From NCBI GenBank assembly GCA_951406725.2, contig OX597815.1:74090001-74154000 (forward strand): a stretch of DNA of 64,000 bases, read 5' to 3'. Both the position numbers and the translations under genes were made by a program. Within the stretch, counting starts at the first letter, position 1. Each line of letters opens with the position of its first letter. Positions 26,801-40,412 of the stretch are shown one piece after another. A model generated the notes under the pieces. The model made no database searches. It was not told where the DNA came from and saw only the letters and a program-made list of their open reading frames with translations. Source of the stretch: Octopus vulgaris (taxonomy: Eukaryota).

Positions 26801-27129
26801 GAGTGAGTGAGAGAGCAGTGCACGCCATCCAAGTGACACTGGGGTAAAATATACGAAGCCCAGTATACAAGTCATGACCACCTGTCTGATAAGGGTGCAC
26901 CAGGCACATGCATCGCAACCATATATGTGCAACATGGTGATCTCATATCAAGATAAACAGTGCATGACCTTGCAGGTGGGGCCCTTATTATTATTGCTAT
27001 CATCATCATCATCATCGTTATTATCATTATTTGGAAGTCTACTGGCTTGCCAGTCCCCAGTCAAAGCGTCCAACCAGCATGGAAAACGGATGTTAAACGA
27101 CGATGACGACAATGACGATGATGCTGATG

Positions 27130-27182
<53 letters not shown>

Positions 27183-28181
27183 ACAAACACTAACACAAGA
27201 ATAGAGTGCAACTCAGCCTCATAACAAAAACAGATGCAATACAATACAGGGAAGAGTTTGTACTCCACCAACAACAAAAAAGTACACAGAATGCTGAACA
27301 CAGCTCAGCAACATGGAGGTGTAGCAGGTGATGCAGTAGAAATCTGCCTGAAACTAGCAAATCATCATCATCACCATCACCATCATCATCATCATCATCA
27401 TCATTATTATTTAATGGCCGTTTTCTATGCTGGCATGGGTTGGACAGTTTGACTGAGGTCTGGAGAGCCAGCAGCTGCGCCAGGCTGCAGTCTGATCTGG
27501 CAGTGTTTCTACAGCTGGATGCCCTTCTTAACACCAACCACTATGAGAGTGTAGTGAGTGCTTTTTACATGCCACCGGTACAGGTGCTAGCCAGGAGGCA
27601 CTGGCATTGTTCACGTTCGGATAATGCTTTTTACATTCCACTGGCATGGGAGCCAGACAGGGGGTACTGGCATCGACCACATTTGGATGGTGCTTTTTAT
27701 GTGCCACTGGCATGGGAGCACGTCAGGGTGCACTGGCATCAGCCGGCCACTTTCAGATGGTGCATTTTATGTGCCACTGGCATGGGAGCATGTCAGGGTG
27801 CATTGGCATTGGCCGGCCACATTCAGATGGTGCATTTTACGTGCTATCGGCATGGGAGCCAGTCAGGCAGCACTGACTACAGCTACAATTTTGGTTTTAC
27901 TTGACTCAACAGGTCTTCTCAAGCATATCATATTGGAGCTCTACTGGGCATTCTATTTCAATCTCCTTTAGCCATTTGTCTATATCTTGGCTTACTGTTC
28001 CCAACACAACAATTATTATAGGCATGACGTTTACTGCTCCAATTTCTTCCTATTACAAATTTTAAGGTCAAACAACTAACAAGCAAATCTGTGGTATTGA
28101 GCAGAATATTTGCTGTAGCCCATCTTTTATACCAAGATAAAAAAAATTTTCATGATAACATTTCCAATCAGTTAAGATCAG

Positions 28182-28235
<54 letters not shown>

Positions 28236-28624
28236 ATTAATTAATTAATTAATTGATTAATTAAATTATTTATTATATCATGAAAAATCTCAGTTTTATT
28301 TTGATGGGTACAGTGAAAAGTGTCAGAAGCGACATTCAGCAGACTAAAGTGACACTTGTTTACTGACCATGCTTCAACAAGCCCGTGGAAGACTCTTGTA
28401 GTTCCAAACATGATTTTTGTTGGTGTTCTATCTTAACATTTGTTCCAATCTTTTTAAGCCATGTTGGTAGTTGGAAACTGTTACTTCCAAGTGCACCAAT
28501 CACTGCTGGTATCATGCCTACTTTCTTCATTGCCTACAATCTGAATATTTCCCACTTCAGTTCACCACCATAGTTGTTCATTATTTCTTCTTTCTCTTCA
28601 ATCCTGTTGGCACCAGGACAGGCA

Positions 28625-28735
28625 TCTTCTTCTTCTTCTTCTTCTTCTTCTTCTTCTTCTTCTTCTTCTTCTTCTTCTTCTTCTTCTTCTTCTTCTTCTT
28701 CTTCTTCTTCCTCCTCCTCCCCCTTCTTCTTCTTC
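28625..28735. repeat. (TTC)n microsatellite at the 3' end of the minus-strand R4/Dong-type LINE
   Basis: Run of TTC triplets next to the LINE 3' end; reads (GAA)n on the element strand. Confidence 0.9.
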
Positions 28736-28749
28736 TCATTATTCCTTCA

Positions 28750-29850
28750 TGACACAGTATAGGTAAAAATGCACTGGAGTCTTTAATCATCTGTCAAGAC
28801 ACAAGGATCTCAGATAGATAATACTTTTCTTAAGATGTATACTGTGCCCAATAAGGCTGCTTTTCGCATGACATCAATCTTGCATGGGATTTCCAGTTAC
28901 CTTAAGAAGTCTTGAAGTTTCAATGGGATTGAGCCCAACGCTCCAATCACCACTGGTATCACTTTTACATTACCCTCTCATGTTCCATATAGTCTTGCCA
29001 TTTCCACTTTCAATTCGGAGTACTTGGTGATTTTTTTCAACCTCTTTACTCACAATATTCATGTCATTTGGTATGGCTACATCAATGATCAGACAGTATT
29101 TGTCTCTCTTATTAAGGCAGTGAACTGGCAGAAACGTTAGCATGCTGAGCAAAATGCTTAGTCGTATTTCATGTCTTTACATTCTGAGTTAAAATTCTGC
29201 TGAGGTCAACTTTTCCTTTCATCCTTTTGGGGTTGATAAATTAAGTACCAGTTGCGTACAGGGGTTGATCTAATTGACTGGCCCCCTCCCCCAAAATTTC
29301 AGACCTTGTGCCTAGAGTAGAAAAGTATTTGTCTCTCTAATCCAATATGACAATATCTGGCTGACGGTGTTCAATTACATGATCTACCTAAAAATCATAG
29401 TTCCAGAGTATCATTACTTTTCCATCCTCCTACATAGCTTTACTTAGAACATGCTCATACCAGTTCTCTGTTACTTCATATTGGTATTTATGGCATAAGA
29501 GCCAATGAAGATACACACACACTTTATCATGGTGGAGCTTGTATTCTTTTTGTGTAAAGCTCTCACATCCACATACCAAGTGGGACATATTTTCCACACT
29601 CTTTCCACAGAGTCTGCATTTCTGGGTGTCAGAATTTTTATATATGTTATACTTCACTGAATTGGTAGTGAAAGCTTGGCTTTGTGCAGCAATGATCAGG
29701 CTTTTGGTGGTACGCTTCAAATCACCTCACTCAAGCCGTGGCCACAATGCTGTATTATCCTTAACGTCCTGTGTATTCCTTTCAAACTGCTCATGCATTC
29801 TCATCTCAAGGTCTTCTTTTCTCTTCTTCTCAGCTCTTTGGTTAAACTCT
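28750..29850 (-). mobile_element. R4/Dong-clade (restriction-like endonuclease) LINE 3' fragment, decayed
   Basis: LIIAAQSQAF, CCHC knuckle CRLCGKSVENMSHLVCGC, HHDKV (RHD-like), and CLIIDVAIPND endonuclease motif. Interrupted by a SINE. A small related piece lies at ~27960-28060. Confidence 0.85.
29110..29323 (+). mobile_element. Nin-domain SINE inserted into the R4/Dong LINE with a 15-bp TSD
   Basis: Direct repeat AGTATTTGTCTCTCT at 29095-29109 and 29324-29338 flanks the SINE. Confidence 0.9.
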
Positions 29851-30107
29851 TCCTTATTATCATCATCATCATCATCATTATTGTTCAAGATTTAGTAGTT
29901 TCAAGCAAATTTGTGCTACATCACCCATGTTGCTGGGGTTTGTGCAGCATATGTGTTCTTTTTTGTTGTTGGCAGTGTTCAAAACAATTCCTGGTGTTGT
30001 ATTGCATCAGTTTCTGGAACCTGATGCAGCTCTTCTAATTGCCAGCTCTTGTCAAGCTGTCCAACCCATGCCAGCATAGAAAACAAATGTTTGAGGATGA
30101 TGATGAT

Positions 30108-30151
<44 letters not shown>

Positions 30152-30391
30152 CCAATGCTGCAACTCCAACCACCACCACCATCATGGTCACTACTACTAC
30201 TATGACCAACAGTCACTGCTACTACTGCTATTTCGGCCACTGGTCATTTTCCCAATTACAGCCAACGAATCTAGTCAACACACAAGACAGCCATTATGTT
30301 CCCCTCTGCCACAAAACACCACCATGTGGACTCTGTTGAGACTAGTAAGAAACAATTATGAACTTTTTTATTACACTTAACTTTTAAAAAT

Positions 30392-30441
30392 ATTTTTGAT
30401 AAGGTTCGTTTTTTTTCAAGAAGGACCGAAACATGTAAAAT
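30392..30441 (+). ncRNA. Decayed type I hammerhead motif
   Basis: ATTT-TTGATAA-GGTTC...GGACC-GAAAC AT GTA-AAAT. Stems I, II and palindromic stem III (ACATGT) are intact; the core is two transitions from CTGATGA. Confidence 0.55.
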
Positions 30442-31120
30442 TTTTAAGAAAATTTAAATTTATCTTTTTTATAAATATATATATATTTATATATTTACAC
30501 TCACATACATGTGTCCACTCACTGCATTCCTTCTCCTTCTGTATAAAAAATTGTTGAAATATTCTGTGTATCGTAGAAGTATAAGTAATTTATTACCTCC
30601 GCGAAGGAAGGAGGTTATGTTTTTGCACATAAATTTTGATAACAAAATCTTATATGAAGCCTGAAGGGCGATGTGGAACCTGGTTGAGAAGCATTGGTAT
30701 AAACCATACCAAAACATCAGTAAAGCTTGACTCAGCTTTTTGACTTGTCAGCTCCAGTCAAGCTGTCCAAGCCATGTCAGCATGGATAGAGGACATTAAA
30801 TGATGCTGTTGTGTGTGTATGTATGTATGTATGTATGTATGTATGTGTGTGTGTGTGTATGTATGTGTGTGTGTGTGTATATATATGTGTGTGTGTGTGT
30901 ATAGCTGTATATGTTCAATTAGAAGTTAAATTAACCTCATTAAGGAATGTTGTCATCCAATGAATTACTGGTTCAATACCTAATATTTGTTGTGAATTAT
31001 AATATTCATAAAATAATAGGTTTATATATAAATCATGGTTTATAATCATTCAAAAGAAAATAAGAAAATGGAGATATAGCATTTAATAAAAATTTATTAT
31101 CAGCAAAAATCAAACATAAT

Positions 31121-31203
31121 CCCTTACAGCTGTTTCAATTAAGCCTAACAAATTAAACAGCAATTATTAAAATCGTTATATTAGGCAAAATTTCTTCAGA
31201 GGA
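31121..31203 (-). ncRNA. Type I hammerhead ribozyme with extended stem II
   Basis: Minus strand reads TCCT-CTGAAGA-AATT TT GCCTAA...TTAGGC TT AATT-GAAAC AGCT GTA-AGGG: intact core, long stem II, palindromic stem III ACAGCTGT, GUA site. Embedded in a Penelope-like remnant ~30900-31480. Confidence 0.8.
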
Positions 31204-31491
31204 GTAGAAAAAGGTATACCATTAGGTTTTTTAAGGCCTGTTAAAAAATATCTCTTTAGTTCTAAAACTCCAGAGATAAATTAGAGGTGATGAAAAGAGG
31301 CCTAACATCTACCTCTACCCCTTGTCACTGGGGTAGAGATAGGTTAATTTTTTCTTTACATTTTGTCCCCTACCTTTTGAATATTTGTCTACCTTTTGTA
31401 ACCTCTATATTGTCCAACTGTCTGTCTTTTACAGGTGTCTTTTACAGGGATGCTATAGAAAGCGATTTTTTTTGCTCCTTTTTATTCTAAA

Positions 31492-31887
31492 CTAGCAGTA
31501 TAGCTTGGCGTTGCTTGGGTTTGTTTTCTTTTCGACCTTTTAGAATTGGAATTTTTGAAAAGTAAAAATTTTGCATTATGTAGATTGTTATTCTCTTTAA
31601 GTGAACATTTTCCTGGATGAAATACACTGAAAAATGGCGATACAGCAGTAAAAAAATCGTAAAAAATAGGGATTTTCATAGAAAAAAAAAGCACCTTTTT
31701 GATGTAAATAATTTTTGGTCTCAACATGGTTTGATTTGAATTTTTTTCTTCTATGGATTGAAAAGCAAGCCTTCTATCATACTCTCAATTTTGGTCAACT
31801 TGTGCTGCAGGGTCTCGGAGGAGATAGTGTTAGTTGAAGGCTACCAAACCTACCACTCACAGACAACTTCAGCTTTATATATAAAGA
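31492..31887 (-). mobile_element. Non-autonomous Helitron
   Basis: Minus strand starts A|TC and ends with a degenerate hairpin plus CTAG|T. Same family as 36540-36912. Confidence 0.75.
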
Positions 31888-32384
31888 TATTGTATAGGGG
31901 GTGGGGGCTGCTAGGTGTGTGACTGAACATAGTAAATCACAGAAGTATTGCCAAATTGATAAATTAAATTTTTCAAATTAGAACCATTAACCATGTTATT
32001 CTTGACTTCTTTGGTAACTTTTCTAACTAAGGTATCCAGTGAAGACCATGAGAATATGTGGCTGTTCCAGCATCTCAGCCTCACAGTTACTTGCAGTAAT
32101 TCTACAAGTTTATTTGTTTGTTGAAGGAAAAAGAAAAAAAAAAAAATTTAAATGTTTCCAGGTGCAGACATGATCGTGTGGTTAAGAATCTTGCTTTTCA
32201 ACCATATTGGTTCAGGTTCAGTCCCACTGTGCAGTACTTTGGACCTACTATAGCCCTGAGCCAACCAATGCCTCGTGAGTGAATTTGGTAGACAGAAACT
32301 GTGTGGAAGCTTGCTGCTGCTGTTGTTGTTGTTGTGTGTGTATGAGTATAGATATAGATATACATACACACACATAACCATGTA

Positions 32385-32421
<37 letters not shown>

Positions 32422-32458
32422 GTCTATCTATCCATCCATCCATCCACCCATGTATGTA

Positions 32459-32489
<31 letters not shown>

Positions 32490-32695
32490 ATGTATGTATG
32501 TATGTATGTATGTATCTATCTATCTATCTATCTATAGTTCAAATGTTACACAGTAAACAAAAGACAAAGACAGGTAAGTGAACAACAAGCAGGTGTATTA
32601 GTTTGATGTTCAGGGAGAAAGGAAAGTCTCTGACATTTCAAGCCAATGCTCTCTGACAGAAAGAGATGAGAGGAAAAAATTAGGGGGAGAGAGAG

Positions 32696-32728
<33 letters not shown>

Positions 32729-32765
32729 AGAAAATGAAACATGTTGGGATTAATGGTTCTACCGG

Positions 32766-33222
32766 CTTAAAGTGGATGTTTTGTTAGAATGCTGAATACT
32801 GTAGTATTTCCTTTAGAGGTCCTCTTATACAGATACATGGTACATAAAAGCATAGGCATATATCATGGTAGATGAGAATCATCAGATATGGGTGCCAGAA
32901 CTGCCAGATCATGTGATTTCAGTGTACTAAACTTCTTTAGTAGGAGGCTTCCAGTGACGACATACCAGCCAAATCTTGCTGCCAGGATATATAGAACACA
33001 GGTGTCTTTTCAGTCACTGACATTGCAAATAGCCAATAGGCTTATTACAAAATAATTATTAGTGATGGAAGCTGTATTAGTACCAAAAGGTACCATGTGT
33101 CTATATGAGAGGACCACTTAAGGTAAATACAGTAATATTCAGCATTTAAACAAGACATCCATGTTAAGTTGGATATAATGATTGCCTTTTGGTACTAATA
33201 CTGCTTCTATTGCTAATAATTA
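32766..33222. mobile_element. Penelope-like remnant with two adjacent inverted-repeat pairs and a decayed hammerhead
   Basis: 32766-32843 is inverted to 33090-33168, and 33052-33090 is inverted to 33185-33222. Minus strand 32904-32944 reads CTA-CTAAAGA-AGT..ACT-GAAATCA CA TGATC-TGG. Confidence 0.55.
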
Positions 33223-34029
33223 TATATAACTGAATATGTGTGTGTGTCTTTGTGTTTGTCTCACCTACTGTTGGTTTGTTTATGTCCCCCATGACTTAGC
33301 AGTTTGGCAAAAAAGACTGATAGAATAAGTACCAGACTTAAAATAAGAACTGGTGTTGATTTGTTTGATTAAACTCTTCAAAGAGGCCCCATCATGGCTG
33401 CAATCCAGTGACTGAAACAAATAAAAGATAAAGATATATATCCTTGTTGCTGTTGTTTAATCCAAGGTCAGCTCAAATCAAGGAGACCTAGGAACAAAGA
33501 CATCCTAGCCATATCAACCTTTCCTTCTCCCCATCAACAGGACACTCAGTTTATCCTTTTCTAAGACAGGGGTGTGATTTGTAGGATATATGGTTGCTAT
33601 TTCTAGATGGTCTCATAACAATGTAGAGCAGGGGTTTTCAACATGGCCCTTGTGCTATGGGGCACAGAAGATTTTGGTGTTAAAATTTATCTGCCATAAA
33701 TTGGTTATATTCCTATAATACACAAAATATTTTAACAATTTTTTATTACAATTTCTGATAATATTTAATTAAAAAAATATAATGGAACTTTTTTGAACAC
33801 TGAATGTTTATTAGGGTTCTGTAGAGTAAAACAGGAATAAAAGGGGTCCATGAGGATTCCCTTATAGGATTGTCTTACTCTTTTATTTACAACATACATC
33901 AACAGGATGGTTTATAAATATAACATGATGGGCCAAAACTTTTTTCTTTTACTTTTAAGAGTATTTCTGTATGACAGCTCCTGTCTTATATTTAGTCAAA
34001 GTTTTCACATACCAACATCTTTAAATTAT

Positions 34030-34078
<49 letters not shown>

Positions 34079-34312
34079 GGAAAGATAGAGAGACTGAGTG
34101 AAAAGAGAGGGAGAACATGACCAGACAAATGAAAAAATAACCCTTCCCCCAATTAAACTTTTATCAATCCGATAGCGTTTTGAGGACAAAGTAACTTTGA
34201 AATATGTGACTCCCTTTATATAACCTTTTTTCTTTTAGTTCCTTTTTTTTCTACTTTTGACAATAAAAGCAGAACAGAACAAAAATATGTGAAAAGGAAA
34301 AAAAATTTGTGT

Positions 34313-34405
34313 TGACGTCACATGATAAAATAGTTAAAGCGTGTTTACTAAGCCGCAGTCTGATTGGCTGGTTACAAGCTTTATTCCTATTGGCTCATTA
34401 TAAAG
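34313..34405 (+). promoter_or_regulatory. Putative Pol II promoter: CRE, forkhead site, two CCAAT boxes, TATA
   Basis: TGACGTCA 34313-34320; TGTTTAC 34342-34348; ATTGG at 34363-34367 and 34389-34393; TATAAAG 34399-34405. Repeat-free, CpG-retaining context. Confidence 0.6.
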
Positions 34406-34424
34406 TCTCTTCATCAGGAAAGTA

Positions 34425-34775
34425 AAAAAAAAAAGAAAAAAAGAAAAGAAAACAGGAAGACGTGCGAACCGAAGTCCCCCTCTCTTTTATTGATACGTAC
34501 ATAAATATATATTATACTAAAATACTTAATATATATATGTGCGTGTATATACATTTATATTCATCTCTTAAAGAAAATATCTCGCTAGACTACTAACCAG
34601 TTTTCTGTAGCGAGCTCCTGTTTCATACTGAAAAGCCAAGGAGAGAAGCTAACATCCAAACCCTCTCTGCACACCAATCATTGCATAAAATCAAGCTGAA
34701 TGTTCGAGTATGTTCGCATGAAAGACGTTGTCAATCCTCTAATTTGATGAACACAATCGACGTCTAAGTTTACAG
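34425..34775 (+). other. Putative non-coding first exon ending at a perfect donor
   Basis: CAG|GTAAGT at 34775/34776 downstream of the promoter cluster. Contains only short ATG ORFs. Start is approximate. Confidence 0.55.
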
Positions 34776-35959
34776 GTAAGTTACACTATTAGGTTATTTC
34801 CGTTGTCATGTATGTATATGTCAATATATATGGTATGTATATGTCAATATATATGGTATGTATATGTGGACGAATATATACCGATTTCTTTCAATTACCC
34901 ACTCTCGTCTCCTTTAAATATATCCCATTTCCTTTTACTTACGTATGCTAGGGATGGCCAAGTTATTAGATAATGAAGAGCCACACACTCACATATATAT
35001 ATATTCATAGTTCAAGGGGTGCAACATATTTTTAAAAAATTATATATATAAATGACGAAATATAACAGCCTACCTACTCAAGGAGATCGATTATTCTGCT
35101 TGTTGAAGGCCTTTCTTTATATAGTCTTAATTTCTATAGTTTATACTTAAAAAAAAACCCCGGCTGGCAGGAATGCCAAAGGATTTATTAGTAATACTTT
35201 TTTTTTCGCAAAATATAGCACCGAGATACACTATTATCTCGGGAGCCGATTATGGTATCTTCGAGAGCCGCATGCGGCCCACGGCATACCTTTTAGCCCG
35301 TCTTTGCTATATAGCTTTTACTATCCGGCTGTTTGCGATGTTGTTTCTAACCGGGCAAGTACACACAGGCAGCCGGAGTGTGTGTCAATCAACAACATGT
35401 ACGCTATATGAATGTGTACACACACATATACATACATACATACATATATATATATATATACATCAATGGGATTTCTCATCTAAGTATAAATATGCAGATA
35501 TATTACGTGTATGTATATATAGATTTGTGCCTAAAAGTGTCAAGAAATAAATAGTAGTTAGGATATATATATTCAAGTGCATATATGTACAGTTACATCT
35601 ATATATACAAGACCAGTGTGCATACATATGCACACACGCGTTGGTTATTTTTTCCTTTCCTTATTCTCGTATGTTAATGTGCACTAATTCAATAAAACAA
35701 TAACTTAAGATTAAATGTGACCACATATCTATATAAGATTGACCAATAACAACAAAAAGCACAACAAAAGGGACAAGTTTTCACGATTGTACTATTAGTT
35801 TCATACTTTAAAGGAAATTGTGAAGGGTTGACATATATAATGTATGCATAGTGTATGCATATATATATGTAACATATATATGTGGTTGTATATGCGTCAA
35901 TATATATATATAGTATATATATGAAAAGTAGAACTATATGGTGTATGTATATATATATA

Positions 35960-37156
35960 GCATGTATATGTCGATGTATATATGTCAATATATATATATG
36001 CATATATATATATATATATATATATGGTATGTATATGTCAATATATATATGGTATGTATATGTCAATATATATGGTATGTATATGTCAATATATATGGTA
36101 TGTATATGTCAATATATATGGTATGTGTATGTCTATATATAATGTATATGCCAATATATATTATATGTCAATATATATATAGTATGTATATGTCAATATA
36201 TATATAGTATGTATATGTCAATATATATATAGTATGTATATGTCAATATATATATATAGTATGTATATGTCAATATATATATATAGTACGTTTATGTCAA
36301 TATATATATATATAGTACGTTTATGTCAATATATATATATATAGTATGTATATGTCAATATATATATAGTATGTATATGTCAATATATATATAGTATGTA
36401 TTTGTCAATATATAAAAAGTATGTATATATCAATATATATATATATATACATATATATAGCATGTATATGTCAATAGATACACAGTATGTATATATTTTA
36501 AGATATATAGTTTGTATATGTCAATATATATATATAGTACTAGCAGTATCGCCCGGCGTTGCTCGGGTTTGTAAGGGAAATAACTATAAAGCATTTTTAG
36601 AGAGTTATAGCCAAAAAATGGAAAAAAAATGATGGTAAATTTTTTTTGATAGTTAAAAAGGTCGAGTTGCGTCCCCTAGACCATCTGTGGTTTGTGCTTC
36701 TGATTGTCGACCCCATGTCGAATTTATCGATTTTTTTCAGAACTGGGGGAACTTTTCAAAATTTTCGCTGCGTTAGTTTTGAATTATGACATTGGGCTAT
36801 GTGTGTGTCAAGTTTCATCAGAATCGATTGAAAGCCGTGGTCAGAGTGAGGGTACGAGAAAACAGACACACAGAAACACACACAGACAAACTGCCATTTA
36901 TATATAGAGAGATGTGTGTGTCAACCTATATATATATATATAGTATGTATATGTCAGTATATATATATATATATATATATATGACAACCTATATATATAT
37001 AGTATGTGTAAGTCAATATATATATATATATATGACAACCTATATATATATAGTATGTATATGTCAATATATATATATAGAGTATGTATATGTCAATATA
37101 TATAGAGTATGTATATGTCTATATATTGTAAGTATATGTCTCTCTCTCTTATATAT

Positions 37157-37200
<44 letters not shown>

Positions 37201-37407
37201 TGTACATGTCTATATATATATATACGTACATGTATATAATGTCTATATATATATATATATACTATGTATATGTCTATATATATATATACTATGTATATGT
37301 CTATATATATATATACTATGTATATGTCTATATATATATATACTATGTATATGTCTATATATATACTAAGTATATGTCTATATATATATATATACTATGT
37401 ATATGTC

Positions 37408-37438
<31 letters not shown>

Positions 37439-37694
37439 GTCTATATATATATATATATGTATATGTCTCTCTATATATATACTATGTATATGTCTCTCTC
37501 TATATATATATATATTATGTATATGTCTCTCTATATATATATACTATGTACATGTCTATATATATATATACTATGTACATGTCTCTCTCTCTCTATATAT
37601 ATATATAGTATGTATATATATATACTATGTACATGTCTCTCTCTCTCTATCTATATATATATATATATATGTATATTTATATATATATACTATG

Positions 37695-37753
<59 letters not shown>

Positions 37754-37905
37754 TTTATATATATATATAGTATGTATATATATATATATAGTATGTATAT
37801 ATATATATAGTATGTATATATATATATAGTATGTATATATATATATAGTATGTATATATATATAGTATATATATATATATATATCATATATATATATATA
37901 GTATG

Positions 37906-37936
<31 letters not shown>

Positions 37937-37996
37937 ATATATATAGTATGTATATATATATATATATATAGTATGTATATATATATATATAGTATG

Positions 37997-38080
<84 letters not shown>

Positions 38081-39110
38081 GTTTGTATATGTCTATTTAT
38101 TTGGTATGTATATGTCTATATATATAGTATGTATATGTCTATATATTTGGTATGTATATGTCTATATATTTGGTATGTATATGTCTATATAGTATGTATA
38201 TGTCTATATATTTGGTATGTATATGTCTATATATTTGGTATGTATATGTCTATATAGTATGTATATGTCAATATATATAGTATGTATATGTCAATATATA
38301 TAGTATGTATATGTCAATATATATAGTATGTATATGTCTATATATAGTATGTATATGTCTATATATATAGTATGTATATGTCTATATAGTATGTATATGT
38401 CTATATATTTGGTATGTATATGTCTATATATTTGGTATGTATATGTCTATATATTTGGTATGTATATGTCTATATATATGGTATGTATATGTCTATATAT
38501 ATGGTATGTATATGTCTATATATATGGTATGTATATGTCTATATATGTGGTATGTATATGTCTATATATATGGTATGTATATGTCTATATATATGGTATG
38601 TATATGTCTATATATATAGTATGTATATGTCTATATATATAGTATGTATATGTCTATATATATAGTATGTATATGTCTATATATATAGTATGTATATGTC
38701 TATATATATAGTATGTATATGTCTATATATATAGTATGTATATGTCTATATATATAGTATGTATATGTCTATATATAGTATATGTATATGTCAAGCTATA
38801 TAGTATATGTATATGTCAAGCTATATAGTATATGTATATGTCAAGCTATATAGTATATGTATATGTCAAGATATATAGTATATGTCAATATATATAGTAT
38901 ATGTCAATATAGTATATGTATATGTCAATATACATAGTATATGTATATATCAAGATATAGTATATGTATGTCAAGATATAGTATATGTCTATGTCAAGAT
39001 ATATAGTATATATCAATATATATAGTATGTATATATCAATATACAGTACACGTATCTATATATAGTAAGTATATGTTAATATATATGGTATGCATATGTT
39101 AATATATATG

Positions 39111-39147
<37 letters not shown>

Positions 39148-39249
39148 ATGTATATGTCTATATATACAGTATATATATGTCAATATGTATATATAGTATG
39201 TATATGTCAGTATATATATATATATATATATATAGTATGTATATGTCAG

Positions 39250-39302
<53 letters not shown>

Positions 39303-39416
39303 GTATGTATATGTCAGTATATATATATATATAGTATGTATATGTCATATATATATATATATATATATATAGTATGTATATGTCATATATATATATATAT
39401 ATAGTATGTATATGTC

Positions 39417-39450
<34 letters not shown>

Positions 39451-39453
39451 GTC

Positions 39454-39489
<36 letters not shown>

Positions 39490-39495
39490 GTCATG

Positions 39496-39535
<40 letters not shown>

Positions 39536-39581
39536 TATGTATATGTCATATATATATATATATATATAGTATGTATATGTC

Positions 39582-39617
<36 letters not shown>

Positions 39618-39619
39618 CA

Positions 39620-39650
<31 letters not shown>

Positions 39651-39873
39651 GTCATATATATATATATATATATATAATATGTATATGTCATATATATATA
39701 TATGTATATATATATGTATATGTCATATATATATATATATATATGTATATGTCATATATATATATATATAGTATGTATATGTCATATATATATATATAGT
39801 ATGTATATGTCATATATATATATATATATATATATAGTATGTATATGTCATATATATATATAGTATGTATATG

Positions 39874-39907
<34 letters not shown>

Positions 39908-40102
39908 TGTATATGTCATATATATATATAGTATGTATATGTCATATATATATATATATATGTGTTATATATATGTATATATATATATAGTATGTATATG
40001 TCATATATATATATATATATATAGTATGTATATGTCATATATATATATATATATATAGTATGTATATGTCATATATATATATATATATAGTATGTATATG
40101 TC

Positions 40103-40138
<36 letters not shown>

Positions 40139-40265
40139 ATATATATATATGTATACATATAAATATATGTATATGTATGTCATACATATAAATATATGGA
40201 ATATACATGTCATACATATATATATATATATATATATATGTCATATATATATATATATGGATATA

Positions 40266-40316
<51 letters not shown>

Positions 40317-40347
40317 TATATTTGTCATATATATATGGTATGTATAT

Positions 40348-40412
<65 letters not shown>

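Noticed and set aside
28471-28790. Poly-F / poly-S / poly-K ORFs
   Set aside because: Frames of the (TTC)n microsatellite.
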